From Longimicrobiales bacterium (lineage in GTDB: Bacteria; Gemmatimonadota; Gemmatimonadetes; Longimicrobiales; Gaopeijiaceae): a DNA stretch of 64,000 nt. Where the stretch lies: NCBI GenBank assembly GCA_965202985.1, contig CBDBCF010000001.1, positions 1,504,001-1,568,000 of the forward strand. The letters run 5' to 3'. The position numbers and the translations under genes are program-made. Below, in pieces: positions 47,284-55,319 of the stretch. The notes beneath the pieces are model-generated. The model saw only the letters and a list, made by a program, of their open reading frames with translations. It made no database searches and was not told the origin of the DNA. Every line of letters begins with the position of its first letter. The first letter of the stretch is position 1.

Positions 47284-48141
47284 TCACCGCCAGGCTCCCG
47301 GAATCGTCCCCCTTTCCGACACTTGCACGGCGTCGCCCACGCGAACGGTGTCCGTGCCCAGGTGGACGGCGTTCAGGCCGAAGTAGATGTGCCCCTTGAT
47401 GCGCCGATAGAGGGCCAAGGTTCGCAACGGTTCGGAGTCCGGGTCGAGCGTGCCCCGGTCCTGCTCGACCGTGGTGACCTTGCATCGCGCACACAGCTTG
47501 ACGCCGCGCAGGGCCAAGCCGCCGACCGCGAAGCGCCGCCAGGCGTCCTCGTCGTGGGGCGGGGCGCCCGAGACCACGATGTTGGGCCGGAAGCGGTCCA
47601 TCGGGACCGGGCGTCCCGCGCGGCGCGACAGCTCGGCGACGGAGCCCTCGTTCGCGACCAGGACCGGATAGCCGTCGGCGAACCCCACGCGGTGCCCCTC
47701 GGCGTAGGCGGGATCGGTCTCGCGGACGGCGTCCCCGCCCAGGTACGCCAAGCGACATGGCTGGCCCAGGAGCTCCGAAAGCCACTCGTCTCCGGCGGGC
47801 GGCCCGGTGCGAGCGTCCACCTCCGAACTCCACACCCGCACGCGCAGCGCGGGACCGTCGGACTCGATCGGCAGCCGGACCGCCTCGCCTTCCGGGGCGC
47901 GGAGCTCCAAGACATCGGCGTCCAGCCGGGGCCGCACCACCGCCAATCGGGGCGCGTCGCGCTGGGTCATGAACTCGCCGTCGGGCCGGACCACCATCCA
48001 CCGCCGGTCGAAGCGCGGGCCCGCTTGGTCGAACTCCAGGGCGTCCAGATCGATCCCCGCGCCGCCTTTGAGCGGATGAATCCGCAGCCGGGAGACTTGG
48101 AGACCGCCCGCCGACTGGGGCGCCACCGCCGTGGGCGTCAC
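47284..48141 (-). CDS. MOSC domain protein (YcbX-like)
   Basis: IHPLKG, DRRWM, FADGYP, RFRPNIV, CARC, YFGLN; start approximate. Confidence 0.9.
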   Translation of the reverse strand: MTPTAVAPQSAGGLQVSRLRIHPLKGGAGIDLDALEFDQAGPRFDRRWMVVRPDGEFMTQRDAPRLAVVRPRLDADVLELRAPEGEAVRLPIESDGPALRVRVWSSEVDARTGPPAGDEWLSELLGQPCRLAYLGGDAVRETDPAYAEGHRVGFADGYPVLVANEGSVAELSRRAGRPVPMDRFRPNIVVSGAPPHDEDAWRRFAVGGLALRGVKLCARCKVTTVEQDRGTLDPDSEPLRTLALYRRIKGHIYFGLNAVHLGTDTVRVGDAVQVSERGTIPGAWR

Positions 48142-48173
48142 AGCCCCGGGGGCCGGAGCTTGCCGCCGCCCCG

Positions 48174-48497
48174 TCAAACGGGTCCGGCGACCGTCCAGCC
48201 CGGACCGACGGGTCCCGCGCCGTCCCCCGTGACGTGCACGTCGATCCGCCCCGTGCGCGCCAGCCGTGCGTGAGACGGCCGACCCCCGGACACGGCGAAG
48301 CCCGCGACGCGCAACCTGCACGAATCTCCCTCGTCTAGGGCGGCGACCAAGTAGTGCCCCTTCAGCTCCCGGAGCCCAGGGGCCTGCCCGGCACCTAAGC
48401 GGAGCCGCAGGATGCGGCCCCCGTGCGGATGGTCGTAGGCGTCGATGACGCGGAACATGGCCTTGTGCGACCCCTTCAGCGGCGATGGAGCGGTCAT
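48174..48497 (-). CDS. Hypothetical protein
   Basis: MTAPSP...FRVIDAYDHPHGGRILRLRL; ATGA coupling to upstream gene. Confidence 0.55.
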   Translation of the reverse strand: MTAPSPLKGSHKAMFRVIDAYDHPHGGRILRLRLGAGQAPGLRELKGHYLVAALDEGDSCRLRVAGFAVSGGRPSHARLARTGRIDVHVTGDGAGPVGPGWTVAGPV

Positions 48498-49336
48498 GTC
48501 GCTCTCCCGGTTGCCGTGCGCGACGGAGCGGGCGTACGAGTTCGTGAAGCCGCGCCGGGCGGTCGCGCGGGAGAGCTTCCCCGAAGCCCCGGCGGCTCGC
48601 GCTCGAAGACGCGCAGGAACCAGTCGCGGAATGCGTCCGCCCGCGCCGGGTCGCCTTCGCTCCACGCCTTGCGAGCCTCCACGAACTCGTTGGGTCGGGC
48701 CGTCAGAATGAAGTCTTCCAAGTAGCCGTTCTCCTTGGCGTAGGCGAGTTCGTCCAACAGCCCGTAGGGGGGCTCGTCGAAGATCGACCGCTGGTAGACC
48801 CACACATCCGCCACCCGCGAAAGGACTTGCTTCTCGAGATCGAATGCGTCCACGCCAACCGCTTCGGGCAGCCACTTGTCCAAGCGGTCTTGCGCGGCCA
48901 TGAGGTGATAGTGGGCGTAGATCGTGTAGCTCCGGGCGGCGCCGGGCCGGCCTTGGACCTCAAGCCGGGCCGTGTCGCCCGCTTCGTTCAGCTCCAGCGT
49001 CTCCCAGGGGTAGACGGGTCCCTCGGCCACGTTCGTGTAGATCATGAACGAAGGGTCGAGCTGGATGCTGTCCCACTGTTCGCGCACCCAGGCGTCGACC
49101 TCCTCCATGCGCTCCTTGGCGGGCGCCAGTCGTTCGCCCGAATAGACGACCAGGCGCCGGGGCTCGGGCAACTCGACTTGGCCGGTTCCGCAGGCAAACG
49201 CGAAAGAGCCTCCTGCCCAGGCCAGCGCAAGGACGGCCGGGGCCGGCAGCTTGGGCGATCTCCTCGGCAGCGAGCGCGCTTGCCGGCGAAGCGCTCTGAG
49301 GCGAATGGATGGTGCGGGGCAGCGGGACTTGTGCAT
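48494..49336 (-). CDS. Hypothetical lipoprotein
   Basis: Lipobox-like FAFAC, then a globular domain with typical codon usage; start approximate. Confidence 0.65.
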   Translation of the reverse strand: MHKSRCPAPSIRLRALRRQARSLPRRSPKLPAPAVLALAWAGGSFAFACGTGQVELPEPRRLVVYSGERLAPAKERMEEVDAWVREQWDSIQLDPSFMIYTNVAEGPVYPWETLELNEAGDTARLEVQGRPGAARSYTIYAHYHLMAAQDRLDKWLPEAVGVDAFDLEKQVLSRVADVWVYQRSIFDEPPYGLLDELAYAKENGYLEDFILTARPNEFVEARKAWSEGDPARADAFRDWFLRVFEREPPGLRGSSPARPPGAASRTRTPAPSRTATGRAT

Positions 49337-49489
49337 TGTGGGCCAAAGGGGTTCGGTTGACGACGACGGGCAACGCAACGTCGCCCGCACGTATTCTAAC
49401 AATGAGACGCCGTCGCGTTCCGCCAGGGTTTCCCCGTGGCGGGCACTCGCCGAAAACGAGAAAGGGCTCCGCGCTTGATCGCCACCGCC

Positions 49490-50002
49490 ATGACGCCGGC
49501 CCAGCTGGGACAAAGCCTTGCCCACCACGTGTGGGAGAGCCTGGGAGACGTGCTGACCGATCCGGCGAGCCTGGACGTGCTGCGGCGCTTGAACGCGCTG
49601 GAGCCCGGAGGCGGCCCCACCGAACGGGCGGGAGAGGAGCTCCTGATTTACCTGCTGTGGGCCTACACGCGGGGCGTCCAGCAGGCCCGAACGGACAGCG
49701 GCCCCGGCGTGGCGCGCGCCGCGCTGGATGCGCTCCACAAGGCCGTGTTCGACGACATGATCGACAACGGGACCCTTCGGGACGAGCTCCCCCTGTTCGA
49801 AGAGCGACTGCGGGCGCGCTACGCCGAGTACGGGCAGGCGGCCTCGGCCTCGGACGAGGCGGTGGGGGCGGCCGTGATCCAAGCCGTCACCGGCGGCCGG
49901 TCCGGGAGCCGGGAGGACGCTCGAACGATGGCCGCCGCGGCCGTCGGCGTCAGCAGCCCGGTCGGCGACTTCTACGCCGCGGTGAACTTGGTCGAGGACT
50001 GA
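49490..50002 (+). CDS. Hypothetical helical protein
   Basis: MTPAQLGQSLAHHVWES...; G/C-ending codon bias. Confidence 0.6.
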   Translation: MTPAQLGQSLAHHVWESLGDVLTDPASLDVLRRLNALEPGGGPTERAGEELLIYLLWAYTRGVQQARTDSGPGVARAALDALHKAVFDDMIDNGTLRDELPLFEERLRARYAEYGQAASASDEAVGAAVIQAVTGGRSGSREDARTMAAAAVGVSSPVGDFYAAVNLVED

Positions 50003-50214
50003 CGGCCCTCGGGCTCGTCGGCGCCCGCGTCCGCGTCCCGCCAGCGCAGAACTTCGAACGGACTTCGGCAGTCGTCGCACCAGCAAGCGGACAGGGATGC
50101 GTGGCTGCCGAACGGAGACGCGACCTGGGTCCGGGTTCCGTCGCAGAACGGACACCGGGGCGGACCGCCCGCCCGGACCAACCTGCTCGCGCGCTCGTCT
50201 TCCAAGTGCTGCAA
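49972..50214 (-). CDS. Stand-alone PaaD-type zinc beta-ribbon protein
   Basis: CPFCDGTRTQVASPFGSHASLSACWCDDCRSPFE matches the PaaD C-terminal CPxC...FG...CxxCxxPF pattern; start approximate. Confidence 0.7.
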   Translation of the reverse strand: MQHLEDERASRLVRAGGPPRCPFCDGTRTQVASPFGSHASLSACWCDDCRSPFEVLRWRDADAGADEPEGRQSSTKFTAA

Positions 50215-50222
50215 GGCGGAGG

Positions 50223-51032
50223 CTACTCGACGAACAGCGCCCGGTTGCGATCGCCCCGAGCCCGCTCCACGGCGTCCTCGGCGGGTGCGCCCGGACCCCG
50301 CCGCCGCTCCGCGTTCCATCCCCCGCGGTCCGGTTCCACGCTCCGCGGGCGCAGCCCCACGGCCTCCAACACGCCGCCGGCCAGCTCGTCAAAGCGCTCC
50401 AGCACGCGGCCGCTCGCCCAGACGGCGCCGTCGTCCGCCATCGACCCGTAAGCCTGGTCGTCGGGCGCCAACCAAGCCAACGTGGAGGGCAAGAACGCCT
50501 CGACCGCCGCCTCCAACCGTTCCGCGCCCTCGCCGCCCGCCTCCGTCAGCCGAGCGAACCAAGCCGCCCCGAACTGCCGATGGTAGCTCTCTTCGGCCAG
50601 CATCTTCGGTACCCGCGAGCGCGCCAAGTCGAAGCTTCCGGCCGCGAAGCTCTCCAGCGCGACCTCCAAGGCGCCGTCCACGACGACCACGGCAGCCACG
50701 AAGTCCGCCCAGTCGGCGAACGGCGCGTCCAGGGCGGGCGCCGAGTAGTAGCGGCGGGCGGGCCGCTCGTGCTCCACCTCGAAGGGGTCGAAGCCGAACC
50801 GCTTGAGCATGGAGTAGAGCAGCCGCGCGTGTCCCCACTCGTCCTGCGCCATCGACGAAGCCGCGATCCCCGTTTCGATCGACGGACTGCCCAGCAGCCA
50901 GTCGCTGTACCGAATGCCCAGCAGACGCTTGGTGTCCGCCAGGGAAAGGATGTGGCGGGCGAGCGGCTCCGGTGCGGCGCCGGTGCCCGTCGAGGCTTCT
51001 GCCCCCGGCGTTCCGCCAAGTTCGCCCGTCAA
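50223..51032 (-). CDS. paaC: Ring 1,2-phenylacetyl-CoA epoxidase PaaC-like subunit
   Basis: LADTKRLLGIRYSDW...PSIE...MAQDEWGHA, EESYH; ferritin-like fold family. Confidence 0.75.
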   Translation of the reverse strand: MTGELGGTPGAEASTGTGAAPEPLARHILSLADTKRLLGIRYSDWLLGSPSIETGIAASSMAQDEWGHARLLYSMLKRFGFDPFEVEHERPARRYYSAPALDAPFADWADFVAAVVVVDGALEVALESFAAGSFDLARSRVPKMLAEESYHRQFGAAWFARLTEAGGEGAERLEAAVEAFLPSTLAWLAPDDQAYGSMADDGAVWASGRVLERFDELAGGVLEAVGLRPRSVEPDRGGWNAERRRGPGAPAEDAVERARGDRNRALFVE

Positions 51033-51277
51033 CGCCCCGCCTTCGCTGGTCCCCAAGGTCCGTCGTGCCGGTTGACCGGGATCACCGCCGCCCTGGGCAC
51101 CACGCACATCTCGAACCAGTTCTCCTCGTCGTACGTCTTCCAGGCGTAGACGCGGGCCAAGTCGTCGCCGGGGGCGTCCACGTATCCCACGTGGCGAAGC
51201 GGCTCGCCCCGGCTCTTCCGGGCGAACACCTCGTACACGCCTTCGCCCAGAGCGGTCCGCCGCGAACCGGCGCTCAC
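51029..51277 (-). CDS. paaB: PaaB-like small subunit
   Basis: YEVFARKSRGEPLRHVGYVDAP...A..TY...VVPR. Confidence 0.75.
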   Translation of the reverse strand: MSAGSRRTALGEGVYEVFARKSRGEPLRHVGYVDAPGDDLARVYAWKTYDEENWFEMCVVPRAAVIPVNRHDGPWGPAKAGR

Positions 51278-51690
51278 GCTCCCACTCCCACCCCGAAACG
51301 CCGCAGCTGCTCGCGACCCCGGTCCGTGATCCGACTCGTAGTCCAGGGCGGGTCCCACACCTCCCGCACCTCCACCGAATCGACCCACGGCTCCCGGCCC
51401 AGCCGATCCCGCACATCGGTCTTGATGAACTCCATGCACGGACAGGCGGTCGCCGTGAACGTCAGGTCCACCCGTGCCGCGCCGCCCTCGAACGCCACGC
51501 CGTAGACGAGCCCCAGGTCGACCAGCGACACGGGCAACTCCGGGTCCAGGACCTCGCCCAACGCCGCCCGAAGCGCGGCCGCCCCGTCCGCCGGCGCCTC
51601 GGCCAACGGCGCCGACCAGCGGTCCCGACCTCCCGAAGCCCCCGGCCAAGCCCCCGGATGACGCTCGCGCAGAGCCGTCAGGGCACGCAC
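51274..51690 (-). CDS. PaaD-like / DUF59 metal-sulfur cluster assembly protein
   Basis: VLDPELPVSLVDLGLVYGV, TATACP, VWDPPWT...GREQLRRFG; lacks the zinc ribbon. Confidence 0.78.
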   Translation of the reverse strand: MRALTALRERHPGAWPGASGGRDRWSAPLAEAPADGAAALRAALGEVLDPELPVSLVDLGLVYGVAFEGGAARVDLTFTATACPCMEFIKTDVRDRLGREPWVDSVEVREVWDPPWTTSRITDRGREQLRRFGVGVGA

Positions 51691-52667
51691 GCCGCCCCTG
51701 TCGCCCCTTGGCTCAGCCACGAGGCCACGGCGCCCCGGGACCGCCGCACCGACTCCACGTAGACCTCGTTCATGGGGCCGCGCCCCTTCCAGCGCTCGAA
51801 GACCGCGTCCCACCCGATCTCGCCCTCGTCGAACAACCAGCGCTTCTCCTCGGGGTCGTACTGGCAGGGGAAGGGATAGTCCAGCACATACTGATCCTTG
51901 GCCGCGTCGTAGTGCGCCGGTGCCGTCAGCCCCAGCTCTTCGCACAGGGGAACCGTCGACGACATCCATACCTGCCGAAGCTCGTCGTTGGTCAGTCCCT
52001 TCAGCCGGTAATCGAGCTGTCCGCTGTGGCGCTTGAGGTTGTCGGGCAGGCCGAACCACTCCACCGTCATGGGAAACATCCAGTCCACGCAGCGTTGCAG
52101 CAGCTCGGTGGCGGCCCCGCCGGCCCGCGCCAGCCGTCGCATCCAGACTTCGCCGTGGCGCAGGTGAAAGGTCTCCTCCATGTCCACCTTGACCAGCGCT
52201 CGCTTGAGCGGACCGTAGGACGTGTTGCGGTGCACGTCGCCCAGCAGCGTGATCCCCGCCCGGTCGAAGAAGCCGTTGGCCACCACCAGCTCGGCCCAGT
52301 TGTCCAGCGGCTGGTCGAAGCCGTAGGGGTGCTTGAAGTGGCGGGGCTCCCGGCCGTAGACCAGCTGCTCCTTGGACTCGCCCAGGTCCTCCAACAGACG
52401 GTACGCGATGTTGGCGTGCGCCAGCTCGTCCTGAATGATCGCGTGGGCGCTGACCTGCGTGTTCGTGGACGGAGCGTGGCGGGCCGCCATCCAGTAGGCG
52501 GGCGCGCTGATCAGCTCCGTGTCCGCCTGCACCGTGAGCTGCACGACCAGGGCCTTCCGGTAGCCCGGCGTCATCTCCTCGACCGATTCGACCACGTGGC
52601 CGTCTCGGATCTTGGCCTTGAGCGCCTCTTCGGCCTTCAGTTCGGCTTCGGTGTATTGGCGCGGCAT
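51678..52667 (-). CDS. paaA: Ring 1,2-phenylacetyl-CoA epoxidase PaaA-like di-iron subunit
   Basis: QADTE, IIQDELAH, SYGP, EETFHLRHG, WFG. Confidence 0.8.
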   Translation of the reverse strand: MPRQYTEAELKAEEALKAKIRDGHVVESVEEMTPGYRKALVVQLTVQADTELISAPAYWMAARHAPSTNTQVSAHAIIQDELAHANIAYRLLEDLGESKEQLVYGREPRHFKHPYGFDQPLDNWAELVVANGFFDRAGITLLGDVHRNTSYGPLKRALVKVDMEETFHLRHGEVWMRRLARAGGAATELLQRCVDWMFPMTVEWFGLPDNLKRHSGQLDYRLKGLTNDELRQVWMSSTVPLCEELGLTAPAHYDAAKDQYVLDYPFPCQYDPEEKRWLFDEGEIGWDAVFERWKGRGPMNEVYVESVRRSRGAVASWLSQGATGAACVP

Positions 52668-52719
52668 CTCGCGTCGGCTCCCTCGTTCTCGGGCGCGTCC
52701 GTCTCGTCTCGGCGCCGGC

Positions 52720-53031
52720 TCAAATCCCCAGCGACGACCGAATCAGCGGACTGATCCGCTCCGGCGTCCAAGGCGGATCGAACGTCAGCTCCACCTGCGC
52801 GTTCTCGACGCCCTCGACGCCGGCCACCGCCGCCTTCGCCTCTTCCAGGATCTGCCCCGCCGCCGGACACATCGGCGTCGTCAGCGAGATCGCGACCTCG
52901 GCCGTCCCGCCGTCCACCCGAATGTCGTACACCAACCCCAGCACGACCAAGTTCAGGTTGAGTTCGGGGTCCTTGACGGTCTTGAGGGCGTCGCGAACGG
53001 CTTTCTCGGTGACGGGCATGGAGGAGTCCAT
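52720..53031 (-). CDS. DUF59 (FeS assembly SufT-like) protein
   Basis: VKDPELNLNLVVLGLVYDI, LTTPMCP, TFDPPWT. Confidence 0.88.
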   Translation of the reverse strand: MDSSMPVTEKAVRDALKTVKDPELNLNLVVLGLVYDIRVDGGTAEVAISLTTPMCPAAGQILEEAKAAVAGVEGVENAQVELTFDPPWTPERISPLIRSSLGI

Positions 53032-53051
53032 GGCAAGACTGAGCAAGGCCT

Positions 53052-54032
53052 CTACTGTTCCAGGCGCTCGAGGGTTTCGATTGGCACGTTATTGGGTCCA
53101 AAGTCCATTTGGTAGGTTTCGGAATCGATCCGGTAAAAGCTGACGTCGAGACGACCATAGCGTTCCAAGTGCTGACGAGTAACAAATTCGCCCGACGAAA
53201 CACCAATGCGTCTGCGTAAGTATCTGCCAAGTTCACTGTTGTCCAACGTCGAGTGAAGTGCCTTGCCGTACTGCTGGGCAACTACAAGGATCAAACTCTT
53301 GTCGTCGTCAGTCAGAGCAGTGAATCGTTCCGCGATAGGTGGAAAAAAAGATCTGTCACGAACCTCCTTCGGGATGGGAATGTATGCCTGATTCGGGTCG
53401 CGTCCGTACCGCTGACCCCAATTGAGTCCGGCTGCTTGGTGCGTTTTCCCCTTTCGGTTTCCTTTTGTGGCGAGGAGCGACAAGGTTACGACGTTGTCGT
53501 CGGCGAATTCGCTAGGATCTCGGGTGTGCATTAATCTGACCGACGTCTCGACGTCTTGGCTCGTACATGGTATCGACTGGAGCATTAGGGCCTCATGATA
53601 ATCCGATACGACACGTGGATCCGCTTTCACAATTGCCTCGCGCTGAGACCGTCCAAAGCCAGCGATCGTATAATTGGCAGATCCAACAAATGCGCGCATC
53701 GGAACGCCCTTCTTCTTCCAGACAAACACCTTCGAGTGGCACGGAGGTCCTTCTATCAAGTATGAGCAACTGAACATTTGGTCAAATTTCTTAGCAAGAT
53801 CAGAAAGACCTCGGTGCTGAACAATTTCGATCCCGTGGCTGGCCATTCCGACCAAGAGTTGTATGCGAGGCAATTTGTCAATGCGATTCTCACTTACGCC
53901 TCTCCGCAGTTCGTCGATGTGTTGCTCCACCATACCAGCCGTTGCGTATCCTGACACAATCAGCAGTTCGTCGGCGCCCTCCATTGCTGCTGGACGCACC
54001 AAGACGTCCCGAAAGAGCTTGTCGATCAGCAT
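53052..54032 (-). CDS. Type II restriction endonuclease, PLD-type (NgoFVII-like)
   Basis: VSGYAT, CHSKVFVW...FVGSANYT (HxK...GSxN), LNWGQR...RDPNQAYIPIP; coupled to the upstream C5 MTase; AT-richer than flanks. Confidence 0.82.
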   Translation of the reverse strand: MLIDKLFRDVLVRPAAMEGADELLIVSGYATAGMVEQHIDELRRGVSENRIDKLPRIQLLVGMASHGIEIVQHRGLSDLAKKFDQMFSCSYLIEGPPCHSKVFVWKKKGVPMRAFVGSANYTIAGFGRSQREAIVKADPRVVSDYHEALMLQSIPCTSQDVETSVRLMHTRDPSEFADDNVVTLSLLATKGNRKGKTHQAAGLNWGQRYGRDPNQAYIPIPKEVRDRSFFPPIAERFTALTDDDKSLILVVAQQYGKALHSTLDNSELGRYLRRRIGVSSGEFVTRQHLERYGRLDVSFYRIDSETYQMDFGPNNVPIETLERLEQ

Positions 54033-55090
54033 TTGGCGGAAACCCCATTCGCCGTTAGAATCTTGAGGACTGCCTCGAAGATGACTTTGGCACCCGTAGG
54101 TGGAACAGCCATTCCAATTTGGCGTCGAACTGACTCGCGACCACCAGAAAAAACAAAAGAATCTGGAAATGTCTGCAACCGAGCACGTTCCCGGTTGGTG
54201 AGAGCGCGATCTTCGGACCAGTGGTACACATGCGTGCCACCGCCACCAGAGCCTGTGACGGTGTATGAAGGGCGGGTTGGATCGAGTCGGCGATAGATCT
54301 GACTTATAGTAGCGCCACTACGCATTCGAAGCCGCAACCTTGGAGGAAGGTTGGCGTTGAATGCGTTTTCTCCGGGCTTGATGTACCCGAGGCGCTCCAC
54401 AACCCTCGGGTGTTGAGACGTCCGGTCGTTGTTCTCGGCATCTTCCGGAATGGGTGGATGTTCCAGCGCCTCCCGACATGAAATGCGACGGGAAGATGTT
54501 GGCGGCGGGCAAAAAGTCAGCCGAAGAGATTTGCGAAATCCTACAACAATAATGCGATGCCGTGCTTGGGGAACCCTGTATTCTTCAAACTTGTATGTGT
54601 GGGAAAACACATCATATCCGGCATCCCTCATGTCCTCCAGGATAATCTGATAATCTTTCTTTGCCCCACTGCTGGCCAACCCATTAACGTTTTCCGCAAC
54701 GAAAAACAGTGGTCGGAAGTGACGCAAGGCACGAATGCCCCACTGGTACAGACCTCCGAAGCGGCCTTCAATCCCGTTGCGCTCGCCCACCATACTGAAG
54801 TCATTGCATGGAAAGCCAAACGCCAATCCATCGATGGACGAGAGCTTGCCAAAGTCCAGCCTTTCCACCGGGCAACGCACCACACCACCAGGCGGAAACC
54901 TGACGTTTCGTTCCAAGGTTTGGCAGGCGTCGGCGTCAATGTCGTTTGCCCACTCGTGGAAGAAGCCCGAGGAATCATATCGTGCCAGCGACGCGCCAAG
55001 TGCCATGCCTCCAGCACCCGCAAACAGCTCGCCCAGTCGGTATGTCTGGCCACGAAGGGCGAGGCCGCGAGAGTCGTCAAGTGGTGTCAT
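54026..55090 (-). CDS. DNA (cytosine-5)-methyltransferase
   Basis: Motif I ELFAGAGG, IV GFPCNDFS, VI ENV, VIII QARHR, IX RERARLQTFPD, X QIGMAVPP. Confidence 0.96.
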   Translation of the reverse strand: MTPLDDSRGLALRGQTYRLGELFAGAGGMALGASLARYDSSGFFHEWANDIDADACQTLERNVRFPPGGVVRCPVERLDFGKLSSIDGLAFGFPCNDFSMVGERNGIEGRFGGLYQWGIRALRHFRPLFFVAENVNGLASSGAKKDYQIILEDMRDAGYDVFSHTYKFEEYRVPQARHRIIVVGFRKSLRLTFCPPPTSSRRISCREALEHPPIPEDAENNDRTSQHPRVVERLGYIKPGENAFNANLPPRLRLRMRSGATISQIYRRLDPTRPSYTVTGSGGGGTHVYHWSEDRALTNRERARLQTFPDSFVFSGGRESVRRQIGMAVPPTGAKVIFEAVLKILTANGVSAKC

Positions 55091-55138
55091 GGGCTGACCG
55101 GTAGGTCCTCTCGGATCGTCGATGACGGGTACGCCATG

Positions 55139-55167
55139 ACGGTAACGGCGAATCTGTGCACGAACAA
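55139..55167 (-). promoter_or_regulatory. Predicted promoter of the MTase-REase operon
   Basis: Minus strand TTGTTC-N17-TACCGT, about 50 nt upstream of the MTase ATG. Confidence 0.45.
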
Positions 55168-55186
55168 CCCCCCCCCCCCCCCCCCC
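55168..55186. repeat. Homopolymer C19 (G19 on minus strand)
   Basis: 19 consecutive C counted directly; the longest homopolymer noticed in the window. Confidence 0.9.
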
Positions 55187-55319
55187 AGGTCATCCTCGAA
55201 AGGCCGATGCGGCTTGGCGGGTTCCGGCTCGACGGGCTATCTTCCGATTGTCGGTGCCGACCTCGGGGATGTCACCGTGCGCCCGGGTTCCCGGGCGAAG
55301 GCACCCCAGCCCCATGCCC

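Noticed and set aside
44701..48273. 1190-aa plus-strand ORF and the long N-terminal extension of 43379-46984
   Set aside because: Antisense or alternate-frame shadows of the topoisomerase and MOSC genes; only 43379-44617 is protein-like.
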